From an uncultured Hyphomonadaceae bacterium (GTDB lineage: Bacteria > Pseudomonadota > Alphaproteobacteria > Caulobacterales > Hyphomonadaceae), in assembly GCA_913057945.1 (NCBI GenBank), contig CAJXOF010000011.1, positions 59,121 to 123,120 of the forward strand: 64,000 bases of DNA. Reading direction: 5' to 3'. Under the pieces are notes generated by a model. That model was not told the DNA's origin. It ran no database searches and saw nothing but the letters and a program-made list of their open reading frames with translations. A program made the position numbers and the translations under genes. The first letter of the stretch is position 1, and every line of letters starts with the position of its first letter. Positions 9,628-18,743 of this stretch are shown one piece after another.

Positions 9628-10800
9628 ATGCACCAGATCGCGCCGATGAGTGAAGATCAGGCCGCCATCAAGGCCGCCGTCGAAAAAACGCTTGAACCCT
9701 TTGGGGACGAGTACTGGGCGAAGACGGACGAGACCGGCGACTGGCCGGAGGAATTCTGTGACGCCATGGCCGCGGGCGGCTGGCTGGGCATTGCCTTCCC
9801 TGAGGAATATGGCGGCGCGGGCCTCGGCCTGACGGAAGCCGCGCTGATGATGCAGACGGTCACGCGCACCGGCGCGGGCTTCTCCGCCGCCTCCGCCATC
9901 CACCTCAACATCTTTGGCCCGAAGCCGCTCGAACGGTTCGGCAATCCGGAACAGAAGCGCGAGAATTTGCCCAAGATCATCTCGGGCCAAGAGAAGATGT
10001 GCTTCGCCGTGACCGAGCCGAATTCCGGCCTCGACACATCCAGCCTGGAGACCAAGGCCGAACGGACGAATACCGGCTACACCATCAATGGCCGCAAGAT
10101 CTGGACGACCGGGGCCCAGCGCGCCGACAAGATCCTGATCATTGCGCGCACCACGCCCAAGGACCAGTGCGCCAAGCCGTATCTGGGCCTCTCCCTGTTC
10201 TACACCGACCTCGACCCGAACAAGATCGAGCGCCAGCCGATCCCGAAAATGGGCCGCAAGGCGGTCGAGTGCAACATGCTCTACATTGACGGGCTGGAAG
10301 TGCCGAAGGACCACCTCATCGGCGAGGAAGGCGAAGGCTTCAAATATTTGCTTCAGGGCCTGAACCCGGAGCGCGTCCTGTTCGCCGTGGAATCCATCGG
10401 GCTCGGCTTCTCCGCGCTGGAGCGGGCGGCGAATTATGCCAAGGAGCGCGTTGTCTTCGGCCGCCCCATCGGCCAGAATCAGGGCATCCAGCATCCGCTG
10501 GCGAAATCCTGGGCAGAATTGTCCGCTGCCGAGCTGCTCGCCTACAAGGCGGCGGGCCTCTACGATGCCGGACAGGATTGCGGCGCCGAGGCCAATTCCG
10601 CCAAATACCTCGGCACCGAAGCCGGCTTCCGCGCCTGCGAGACCGCCGTCCTGACACATGGCGGCATGGGCTACGCGAAAGAATACCATGTCGAGCGCAT
10701 GATGCGCGAAGCCATGCTCGCCCGCATCGCCCCGGTCAGCCGTGAGATGATCCTCAACTTCATCGCCGAACGCGTCCTCGGCCTGCCGAAAAGCTACTGA
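9628..10800 (+). CDS. Acyl-CoA dehydrogenase
   Basis: GWLGIAFPEEYGGAG, FAVTEPNSGLD, INGRKIWTT, FGRPIGQNQGIQ, THGGMGY; AGGAGG RBS. Confidence 0.93.
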   Translation: MHQIAPMSEDQAAIKAAVEKTLEPFGDEYWAKTDETGDWPEEFCDAMAAGGWLGIAFPEEYGGAGLGLTEAALMMQTVTRTGAGFSAASAIHLNIFGPKPLERFGNPEQKRENLPKIISGQEKMCFAVTEPNSGLDTSSLETKAERTNTGYTINGRKIWTTGAQRADKILIIARTTPKDQCAKPYLGLSLFYTDLDPNKIERQPIPKMGRKAVECNMLYIDGLEVPKDHLIGEEGEGFKYLLQGLNPERVLFAVESIGLGFSALERAANYAKERVVFGRPIGQNQGIQHPLAKSWAELSAAELLAYKAAGLYDAGQDCGAEANSAKYLGTEAGFRACETAVLTHGGMGYAKEYHVERMMREAMLARIAPVSREMILNFIAERVLGLPKSY

Positions 10801-10846
10801 TTGATCCGGGGACATCCCCCCGGCCTGTCCCCGGCCCTGAAACGTC

Positions 10847-10882
10847 AAAAACCCCTGACCTGCCGCGCAGGTCAGGGGCTTT
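10847..10882. terminator. Intrinsic terminator-like hairpin, A-run and T-run flanked
   Basis: CCCCTGACCTGC-CGC-GCAGGTCAGGGG perfect 12-bp stem. A second hairpin (CCGGGGACA…TGTCCCCGG) lies at 10806-10834. Confidence 0.75.
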
Positions 10883-10930
10883 TCCTTGGCCCTATCCGAC
10901 CGGACGGGGCGCTGTGGCAGGATTGGCAGC

Positions 10931-11296
10931 ATGGACACGCTGTTTGCCCCCGTCGGCCCGCTCAAGCCGCATCTGGAACCCTACCGGTTCTGGATCTGGC
11001 TGCAGACGGTCGCCCTGCGCCTGTATGTGCGGGCACTGAAGGGCCGGGGCGTTCCCTTCATGACCGTCATCGACCATCGCGGCACCGTGTACCTTCAATG
11101 GATCGGCGACGCGCCGCATGAGCGCGAACCGGACCCGCTGGCCTTCACATGGTCAAAGGCTTTCCGCCTGGCAATCGGCGACCTGGACTCCGGCCATCCC
11201 GGCGAAAGCCGGAACCTCGTACAGATTGATGCGGACGGACAAACGTGCCCGATACAGTTCACCCCGACCTATGCCCTGCCCCGGCCAGATCCCTGA
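10931..11296 (+). CDS. Hypothetical protein (121 aa) containing an in-frame REP-like hairpin
   Basis: Open frame with plausible composition from ATG 10931; no recognisable domain. Confidence 0.55.
   Translation: MDTLFAPVGPLKPHLEPYRFWIWLQTVALRLYVRALKGRGVPFMTVIDHRGTVYLQWIGDAPHEREPDPLAFTWSKAFRLAIGDLDSGHPGESRNLVQIDADGQTCPIQFTPTYALPRPDP
11195..11218. repeat. REP-like palindromic element (HPGESR/IPAKAG type)
   Basis: CATCCCGGC-GAAA-GCCGGAACCTC with a GAAA tetraloop. It translates as HPGESRNL or IPAKAG, as do the short palindromic repeats widespread in proteobacteria. Confidence 0.6.
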
Positions 11297-11372
11297 CCGC
11301 GCCACATCTCACGAAAATTCAAGCTCCCCCGAAGCGCCCTCACAGGCGTCGCCAATGCTGGCGAGGCCAGCC

Positions 11373-11999
11373 CTACATATCGTCGGCCTTGGTCATGTGC
11401 TGGAAGAATTCTTCCTTGCTGTTGGTACGCGGATAGGGTGTGTCCGGAACCGGCTTGCCGAGGAAGGCGCAGAGCGGCTCCCAGCCATCCTTGGCCGAAT
11501 GCACCAGAAGGCGCTCAGCCGGGAGGGTCGCCTTCACGTTGGCTTCGTGCGCGTTGAAGGCGGCGATCAGGCTGTCTTTGTCTTTCGCGCCGCCAAAGCT
11601 GCGCTCCAGCACTTTCGTCACCATCCTGAACCATTCGGTCGCTTGTGGGGGCCAGGTGTCCGGCGCCCAGACGGTGGCAAGAATGGTCTCGGAAATACTG
11701 CTGTACCAGCTCTCGGCGGATCGTGTGGAGAGGATGATCTTGGCCTCCGGGTAGGCTTCGGCCGTCTCCTGCCAGAAGGCCGCTGTCGGCCAGTCCACGG
11801 CGGAGTTGTAGCCATCATAAATGGCACTGAAGTCAGGCTTGCCTGCCAGCGCGTCATTCCAGAGCGGAACCTGCGCCTCGCCCTTCTCGATCACTTCGAT
11901 CATGTGATGGCACGGCCCAAAGCCGAGTTGCTCAAGCGCCAGTTTCAGCGACATTGTGCCTGTGCGCCCGAACCCGGCGCTGATAACGGATAGTGTCAT
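11373..11999 (-). CDS. Sulfotransferase-like P-loop protein (Sulfotransfer_4 type)
   Basis: VISAGFGRTGTMSLKLALEQLGFGPCHHM, AVDWP, GWEPLCAFLGKPVPDTPYPRTN. Confidence 0.85.
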   Translation of the reverse strand: MTLSVISAGFGRTGTMSLKLALEQLGFGPCHHMIEVIEKGEAQVPLWNDALAGKPDFSAIYDGYNSAVDWPTAAFWQETAEAYPEAKIILSTRSAESWYSSISETILATVWAPDTWPPQATEWFRMVTKVLERSFGGAKDKDSLIAAFNAHEANVKATLPAERLLVHSAKDGWEPLCAFLGKPVPDTPYPRTNSKEEFFQHMTKADDM

Positions 12000-12146
12000 T
12001 GGATTTGTTCCCTCTACAGCCTTTTAGGCGTCCCTGCTTTTCCCTTAGCATGACTATGAGGAGGGCGGTAACAAGAAATCCGCCTTGCAGGCCGAAGTCT
12101 CATTCATGGAAACAGGCAGGACCGAACACAGTCAGTCCGAAGCCGA

Positions 12147-14159
12147 TCAGGCAACCACTTGGGTCGGGACCGACAGCATGGACCCCATGCCGTCGAATTT
12201 CAGCTCGCCGGTCAGGTAAGGCAGCATCTTGTCGGCCATCAGGGGCTTGGTGAAGATATAGCCCTGAACGAGGTGGCACCCGGCGGTGCGGACATGATCG
12301 AGTTCCTCGCGGGTCTCCACGCCTTCCGCCACACAGGCAATCGACAGCGACCGGCAGAGACGACTGATCGTTCGCACAAGGCCAAAACTCTTCTGGTTGT
12401 ACTCGATCGACGAGATAAAGCTGCGGTCGATCTTGACGATGTCGAATTCCAGTTCCTGGAGGTATCGCAGGGAGGAGAAGCCCGTTCCGAAATCATCGAG
12501 GGCGATCTTCACACCCAGTTCGCGGAACTTCAGGAGGTTGTTGTGCACTTCCGAGAAGTCCGTCAGCAGCGAGGATTCGGTGACTTCAATCGAGATGCGC
12601 TTGCGCAGGCTCGGCGACTGACGGATCAGCATGGAGGCCAGCAGGTCCGTACACTGCCGGCTGTTCACGTCCTGCGCGGACAGGTTCACGGCAATGCGGG
12701 CGGAGTCCGGCCACACTTTCAGTTGGGCAATCACCTTGCGGAACACGGCCAGTGTCATTTCCTGGGTCATGCCGGCTTTTTCAGCAATCGGCACGAATTC
12801 GCCCGGCGGCACCATGCCGATTTCCGGACTGTCCCAGCGCGCCAGCGCTTCGCAGCGGCGGATGGCGCCATCCCGCGTGTCGATGATCGGCTGGTAGACA
12901 AGGTGGATTTCCTTGTCGAGGTCGGCATTCTTGAACGCCTGGTGCACCAGCACTTCGCGCCGTTTGCTGGCGGCGTGGTGCGAGGAGAATTCCACCACCG
13001 GACCGGCCGCGGATTCCTTGGCACGGAACAGGGCGAAATCCGCCTGCTCCAGAAGATCCTTTGCCGAGGCAACTTCAAAGCTGCGGGACGACATACCCAC
13101 AGAGGCTGACACCCGGCTGACGTCGCTGCTGGGCAGGACAACCGGATTGCTGATCGACGCAACCAGTTCCTGGGAGAATTTCATCGCATCGTCCCGCGAC
13201 GTATTCCACGGCAGGACATAGGCAAACTCGTCTCCGCCAAGGCGCGCCACAGCGCCGCCATACCGGGTCGCGGCCAGCTTCATCCGGTTCGCGGTTTCCA
13301 CCAGAACAGCATCGCCCGCGGAATGGCCAAACACGTCATTCAGCGGCTTGAAGCCATCCAGGTCGACCAGGCCGACAATCGGCAGCTCGCCATCCGGGCA
13401 GCGCTCGAAGAAGAGATTGATCTGCTCGAAGAAGCGGCGCCGGTTCGGCAAGCCGGTCAGCGTATCGGACAAGGCCAGGAACCGGTTGGATTCCGCGAGG
13501 CCCGAAGCCCGCTCGTTTTCCGAGAGGAGTTCATTGTGCAGCCTCACCGATTCCACGATGCGCTGCTTGTAGCTGAAGGACACTTTGAAGAAGACGCCAT
13601 ACGACACCGCCATCGGCACGGCCATGAAGCCATAGAACTGCGGATCATGCAGCACGAACACGAGACAGAAGACGAGCAGCGTCCCCGCCAGTCCGATGGC
13701 CACTATCCTCGGCCGAGGCATCGAACACATCATGGCGACGGGACCGATCAGGCACGTGAACAGCGCCAGCTGGGCCTCCTGGCGACCGATGGCGTAGGGC
13801 CACAACATGGCAATCCAGGCGCCCAGGATCGCAAAGATGATCAGCGAGCCGTATTCCATGACGGCGAAATCGCGTTTGGCCCGCACCGGATTGGTAAACT
13901 CGACCTGGGAATCCCGCCAATGATTGATCCGCAGGATACTGCCCACAATGAACAGGCAAGGCAGGCCCAATGTCAGGTAGAGCGGCGCATATTCGAGGAA
14001 GCTCATACCCAGCGACAGCGAGGCCACGCACAGCATCGCATACAGTGAGGAGAGGTTCCTGGATGTTGCGCGCATCTGCTCCATCACGACCGCCTCTTCC
14101 AGCGTTCGAGCATTCTGGAGCATGGTCCGATAGTGCTTGATGTCGGAGATATTTCGCAT
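12147..14159 (-). CDS. Membrane-bound GGDEF-EAL diguanylate cyclase/phosphodiesterase
   Basis: N-terminal hydrophobic helices; DTLTGLPNRR, DLDGFK, intact GGDEF; EAL, EVTES, DDFGTGFSSL, AEGVE. Confidence 0.92.
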   Translation of the reverse strand: MRNISDIKHYRTMLQNARTLEEAVVMEQMRATSRNLSSLYAMLCVASLSLGMSFLEYAPLYLTLGLPCLFIVGSILRINHWRDSQVEFTNPVRAKRDFAVMEYGSLIIFAILGAWIAMLWPYAIGRQEAQLALFTCLIGPVAMMCSMPRPRIVAIGLAGTLLVFCLVFVLHDPQFYGFMAVPMAVSYGVFFKVSFSYKQRIVESVRLHNELLSENERASGLAESNRFLALSDTLTGLPNRRRFFEQINLFFERCPDGELPIVGLVDLDGFKPLNDVFGHSAGDAVLVETANRMKLAATRYGGAVARLGGDEFAYVLPWNTSRDDAMKFSQELVASISNPVVLPSSDVSRVSASVGMSSRSFEVASAKDLLEQADFALFRAKESAAGPVVEFSSHHAASKRREVLVHQAFKNADLDKEIHLVYQPIIDTRDGAIRRCEALARWDSPEIGMVPPGEFVPIAEKAGMTQEMTLAVFRKVIAQLKVWPDSARIAVNLSAQDVNSRQCTDLLASMLIRQSPSLRKRISIEVTESSLLTDFSEVHNNLLKFRELGVKIALDDFGTGFSSLRYLQELEFDIVKIDRSFISSIEYNQKSFGLVRTISRLCRSLSIACVAEGVETREELDHVRTAGCHLVQGYIFTKPLMADKMLPYLTGELKFDGMGSMLSVPTQVVA

Positions 14160-14329
14160 ATGCGCCCGTTCTGTTAGGCCATATCCATTATAGGTAGTTC
14201 CATAAAGCTCGGTTTAGTCACCCTAAAATTCCACTACTTTCAATTAACCCTGTCTTCATTCCCAAAAAGGGCCTGCCCGTTTGCGCCTGGCCTCTTGCAA
14301 TTCCCGGATTCGCTGGCAAAGAGCTTTTC

Positions 14330-14578
14330 ATGACCGACACACTTCCCGACCGCCTCGCCCTGGATCCCGACAGCAAGTTTCATGATGCAGACCTGCTGCA
14401 GCGTGAGATCGGTGTCCGCTTCAATGGCGCCGAAAAGACAAATGTCGAAGAGTATTGCGTCTCCGAAGGCTGGATCCGCGTCGCCGCCGGCAAGGCGCTC
14501 GACCGCAAGGGCAAGCCCCTCACGCTGAAGCTCAAGGGCAAGGTCGAGGTCTGGCTGAAAGATCAGCCTGAGGGCTGA
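14330..14578 (+). CDS. DUF3297 family protein
   Basis: LPDRL…IGVRFNGAEKTNVEEYCVSEGWIRV signature. Confidence 0.88.
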   Translation: MTDTLPDRLALDPDSKFHDADLLQREIGVRFNGAEKTNVEEYCVSEGWIRVAAGKALDRKGKPLTLKLKGKVEVWLKDQPEG

Positions 14579-14642
14579 GGCGACCTTCCCGCTTTCCCAC
14601 ACCCCGGACTCCGCCTAGACTTCCAGCCGGGAGGAAATCGTC

Positions 14643-15227
14643 ATGCCATATCTGATCGCCGGGCTGGTCCTGTTCTTTGGGGCCCATCTGTTTTCCGCAT
14701 TCCGCAGCCGTGCACCGGGCAAGGATCTGCGCCAGCGCATCGGCTATGGCCCCTATATGGGCCTCTATAGCCTGGTGGCCGTGGCCGGGTTCGGCCTGAT
14801 CATCTATGGCTATGATGCCGCGCGCTGGATGGGCTCGCTCTATTTCGCGCCCAGTTGGGGCCCCCACCTGAACATGACGCTGATGCTGCCCGCGATGATT
14901 ATTCTCGTGGCAGCCTATCTGCCCGCCGGCCGCATCAAGAAAACCCTGAAACACCCGATGCTGGTCGCGGTGAAGCTCTGGGCGCTCGGCCATCTCCTCG
15001 CCAATGGCGAGTGGAATTCCGTGATCCTGTTCACGAGCTTCCTGGCCTATGCCGTCATCGACCGGATTGCCGTGAAGAAGCGCGGCGATAATGGCCCGCC
15101 CGCCGATGTCGCGCCCTCAAATCTCGGAGACATTGGCGCGCTGGTCATCGGCATTGGCGTTTATCTCGCCTTCTTCTTCCATCTGCATGAATTTCTGATC
15201 GGCGTGCCGGTCCTGGCGGGAGTCTAG
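14643..15227 (+). CDS. NnrU family membrane protein
   Basis: GLVLFFGAHL…KHPMLVAVKLWALGHLLANG motif. Confidence 0.88.
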   Translation: MPYLIAGLVLFFGAHLFSAFRSRAPGKDLRQRIGYGPYMGLYSLVAVAGFGLIIYGYDAARWMGSLYFAPSWGPHLNMTLMLPAMIILVAAYLPAGRIKKTLKHPMLVAVKLWALGHLLANGEWNSVILFTSFLAYAVIDRIAVKKRGDNGPPADVAPSNLGDIGALVIGIGVYLAFFFHLHEFLIGVPVLAGV

Positions 15228-15231
15228 GAAC

Positions 15232-15633
15232 ATGGACGCACAATGCGCCTGTGGCAGCCTGAAAGTGGACTTGCCGGACGACATCACGCCGACCGTTGTG
15301 GCCTGCCATTGCACGGCCTGCCAGCGCCGGACCGGATCCCCCTTCGGGGTCGGGGCCTATTACCTGCTCGCTGCCCTGACCATTACAGGGAACGCCACAT
15401 CCTGGACGCGCAAGACCGACAGCGGCGGCGCCTTCACGATCCATTTCTGCCCGACCTGTGGCTCCACCGTCTACTGGACCACGGGGAATCACCCCGAAGC
15501 CGTCGGCATAGCCGTGGGAGCGATCGCCGATCCGCACTTCCCGGGGCCGGTGCGCTCGGTCTGGGAAGACACCCGGCATGAGTGGGTGGACATACCGACC
15601 GCCCTGCATCACTTCCCCAAGAGCCGCAGCTGA
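15232..15633 (+). CDS. GFA/CENP-V family Zn-binding protein
   Basis: CACG…CHCTACQRRTG…HFCPTCGS. Confidence 0.9.
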   Translation: MDAQCACGSLKVDLPDDITPTVVACHCTACQRRTGSPFGVGAYYLLAALTITGNATSWTRKTDSGGAFTIHFCPTCGSTVYWTTGNHPEAVGIAVGAIADPHFPGPVRSVWEDTRHEWVDIPTALHHFPKSRS

Positions 15634-15702
15634 TCCTGCGCGGGCGAAGCGACCGTTCACACGCGCTTGCCCGCCGGTCTGAGGCAGGCTAAGTCGCTGG
15701 CC

Positions 15703-16539
15703 ATGTCGAAACAAACCCGCATTTCCCGCAAGACCGTCAAGGATATCGCCGCCGCCAAGGGGGGCAAGCCGCTGGTCTGCCTGACCGCCTATGACGCGCC
15801 GATGGCCGAGATCATGGACCCGCATGCCGACCTTATCCTCGTCGGCGACAGTGTCGGCATGGTGGTGCATGGCCTGCCCTCGACGGTCGGCGTGACGATG
15901 GAAATGATGATCCTTCACGGTCAGGCCGTGATGCGCGGCAGCCAACAGGCCTTTGTCGTCGTGGACATGCCCTTCGGCAGCTATGAAACGAGCGAAGACC
16001 AGGCCTTCCTGAATGCAGCCCGCATCCTCAAGGAAACCGGCTGCCAGGCCGTGAAGATCGAGAGCGGCGCCTATGCCGCGACCCAGATTGCCCACCTTGT
16101 CGAGCGCGGCATCCCCGTCATGGGCCACATCGGCCTGCGCCCTCAGGCGATCAATGTCGATGGCGGTTTCCGGGCCAAGGGACGGACCGAGTCCGAACGC
16201 GATATCGTGATCAACGAAGCCCGCGCAGCCGACCGCGCCGGGGCCTTCGCCATCGTCATAGAGGGCGTCGCCCGCGATCTTGCCGACGAGATCACGAAAG
16301 AAGTCAGCTGCCCCACAATCGGCATTGGCGCCTCGGCCAGTTGCGATGGCCAGGTCCTGGTCACCCAGGACATGCTCGGCCTGTTCGACTGGGCGCCAAA
16401 ATTCGTGCGCCGCTATGGCGATCTGCGCACCGAGATCGACAGCGCCATCAGCCAGTTTGCCGCCGATGTCCGGTCCCGCGAATTCCCCGGCCAGGCCGAG
16501 ACCTATTCCCTGCGAAAACCTGAAGCGAAACAGCCCTGA
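15703..16539 (+). CDS. panB: 3-methyl-2-oxobutanoate hydroxymethyltransferase
   Basis: LTAYD, ILVGDS, VVDMPFGSYE, AVKIESG, MGHIGL, CDGQVLV. Confidence 0.96.
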   Translation: MSKQTRISRKTVKDIAAAKGGKPLVCLTAYDAPMAEIMDPHADLILVGDSVGMVVHGLPSTVGVTMEMMILHGQAVMRGSQQAFVVVDMPFGSYETSEDQAFLNAARILKETGCQAVKIESGAYAATQIAHLVERGIPVMGHIGLRPQAINVDGGFRAKGRTESERDIVINEARAADRAGAFAIVIEGVARDLADEITKEVSCPTIGIGASASCDGQVLVTQDMLGLFDWAPKFVRRYGDLRTEIDSAISQFAADVRSREFPGQAETYSLRKPEAKQP

Positions 16540-16608
16540 CACGTTGCAGCAGGGCGCAGGCGCGTCTAGGTTCCCCCCGAAGTCAGATTACCCGATCGGA
16601 GCGCCCCG

Positions 16609-17343
16609 TTGAGCGACATTTTTGACGAAGTCGAAGAAAGCCTGCGCCAGGACAAGATGGAAGGCCTGTGGAAACGCTACAGGCCCTTTATCTATGGTGC
16701 GGCGGCGCTGCTCGTGGGAGCGGTGGCCCTGAACGAATTCGTGCTGCGTCCGCAGGCCGAACAGGCCCGCGCCGAACGTGCGCTCGCCTTCGAAAACGCC
16801 CTGACCCTGCTTGAAGAAGACAATTACACCGAGGCCGAAGCCGCCTTCCGTGAATTGGCCGAAGGCAATGGCAAGATCGCGCCCCTGGCGGCGCAATATC
16901 TGGCCCAGACCCAATATGAGGGCGGGGGCGACTCCAATGGCGCCACCCGCACGCTCTCTTCCGTCGCCGCCGTCGAGGGCAGCCCGTTCGAGCGCCTCTC
17001 CATCCTGAAGACAGCCTATTATTCGGTCGACACCCAATCCATGTCGGACCTCGAAGCGACGCTCGGCAGCCTGGTCGAGGATGAAGGCCCGCTCGGCGCG
17101 CTCGCCCGTGAACTGATCGCCGCCAAGGCTTTCGAGACCGGCGATATCGCCCGCGCCCGGACCGAGTTCAACCGCCTCCGCTTTGATGCAGCCGCGCCCG
17201 AAGGCGTGAAGCGCCGCGCCGAAATCGCGCTTGCAGCCATCCCGGCAGCGCCCGCCGAAGAGGCCGCCGCCAGCGACACAGAGACATCAGTTGAGGGCGA
17301 CCTGCCCGCTGAAACTGCCGAAATCGAGGAGACTGGCCAATGA
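16609..17343 (+). CDS. YfgM-like TPR/ancillary SecYEG protein
   Basis: DIFDEVEESLRQD…W N-terminus, one TM helix, TPR-like helices; conserved position upstream of bamB-der; TTG start. Confidence 0.8.
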   Translation: MSDIFDEVEESLRQDKMEGLWKRYRPFIYGAAALLVGAVALNEFVLRPQAEQARAERALAFENALTLLEEDNYTEAEAAFRELAEGNGKIAPLAAQYLAQTQYEGGGDSNGATRTLSSVAAVEGSPFERLSILKTAYYSVDTQSMSDLEATLGSLVEDEGPLGALARELIAAKAFETGDIARARTEFNRLRFDAAAPEGVKRRAEIALAAIPAAPAEEAAASDTETSVEGDLPAETAEIEETGQ

Positions 17344-18689
17344 GGCTTTCCCGCCCACTCAAGCTGACCGCAACCGCAACGGCGTTCGTCGCGCTGACGG
17401 CGTGCAGCAGCATTCCGTTCTTTGGTGGTTCCGGCAATGACGACAAGGAACAGCTCGACAAGGCTGGCCGTGTTACAATGGTGCTGGCGGAAGAAGCCAT
17501 TGAGGCCAAGCCGGAACTGGCAACCGAATCCATCGACCTGCTGCCGGCCGTGGACATGCCATCCTGGCCGGAAGCCGGCGGGACGCCTGCCAAGGCGCCG
17601 GGCCATGTGAACGCCGCGCCTGAGCTGAAAGTCGCCTGGCGCAATTCCGTCGGCAAGGGCTCCAGCAACAAATCGGCCGTCAGCACGCCGCCAGTCGCCA
17701 GCGAAACGGCGATCTATACGCTCGACGCCGACCAGACGATCTATGCAACCGACCTCTCCAACGGCCGCACGCTCTGGAAGAAGGAACTCAAGGGCCTGAC
17801 CAAGCGGGACAAGACCGCGCTCGGTGGCGGCCTCGCCGTGAATGACGGTACGCTGATCGTTGCCAGTGGCTTCGGCTATGTCACGCGCCTCAACGCCCAT
17901 GATGGCAGCGAGATCTGGAAGCGCGAACTCGGCGTCCCGATGACCGGCGCGCCGACCGTCAAGGACGGCAAGATCTTTGTCGCGTCCAACAATAATGAAA
18001 TCTTCTCACTGGACCTCCAGACCGGCGAAACCGACTGGAGCGACCAGGCGATTGCCGAATCCGCCCGTGTGCTCGGCAGCCCCAGCCCGGCCGCCATCGA
18101 AGACTTCGTGATCGCGCCCTACTCGTCCGGTGAGATTATCGCCTATCTTGCCAATAATGGTCGCCGTCTCTGGACGGACGCCATTTCGCAGGCCGGCCGC
18201 TTCACCCCGATTTCCGAGATCAATGATATCGGCTCCCGCCCGGTCCTGGCCGGCGGTCTCGTCTTTGCGTCCAGCCAGTCCGGCATCACCGTCGCGATTG
18301 ACGGGCGCAGCGGCAACCGCGTCTGGGCCCGTCCCATCGGCTCGACCCAGGCGCCGACCCTGAGCGGCAAATTCCTGTTCGTCATCGGCACGAATGCGAC
18401 GCTGGCGGCCCTCGATGCGGGCACCGGAGACGCCTATTGGGTCACTGACCTGCCCCAGTACAAGAATGAGAAGAAAAAGAAGAAGCGGATCAGCTATTCC
18501 GGCCCGCTTCTGGCGTCAGGCCGCATCCTGATCGTTTCCTCGTATGGGGAAGTCCTCGCCTTTGATCCGCAGACGGGTGAACAGACCGCCTCTCTGAACG
18601 TCAAGGATACAACATATATCGAACCCATCGCCGTGCAGGGCAAAGTCTTCCTGCTGACCGATGATGCAAAACTGGTTGCGATTCAGTAA
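17340..18689 (+). CDS. bamB: BamB-like PQQ-repeat beta-propeller lipoprotein
   Basis: Lipobox LTAC; repeated A-x-D-x-x-x-G-x-x-x-W motifs; yfgM-bamB-der synteny. Confidence 0.75.
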   Translation: MRLSRPLKLTATATAFVALTACSSIPFFGGSGNDDKEQLDKAGRVTMVLAEEAIEAKPELATESIDLLPAVDMPSWPEAGGTPAKAPGHVNAAPELKVAWRNSVGKGSSNKSAVSTPPVASETAIYTLDADQTIYATDLSNGRTLWKKELKGLTKRDKTALGGGLAVNDGTLIVASGFGYVTRLNAHDGSEIWKRELGVPMTGAPTVKDGKIFVASNNNEIFSLDLQTGETDWSDQAIAESARVLGSPSPAAIEDFVIAPYSSGEIIAYLANNGRRLWTDAISQAGRFTPISEINDIGSRPVLAGGLVFASSQSGITVAIDGRSGNRVWARPIGSTQAPTLSGKFLFVIGTNATLAALDAGTGDAYWVTDLPQYKNEKKKKKRISYSGPLLASGRILIVSSYGEVLAFDPQTGEQTASLNVKDTTYIEPIAVQGKVFLLTDDAKLVAIQ

Positions 18690-18743
18690 CAGGCTGCGCC
18701 GGGCTGGCGCGCCTCGCCTGAACGCATTGGAGCAGGCCCCGCC

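Noticed and set aside
14160-14329. Full CtrA box in the AT-rich divergent promoter
   Set aside because: Only half-sites or two-mismatch matches were found; not enough support.
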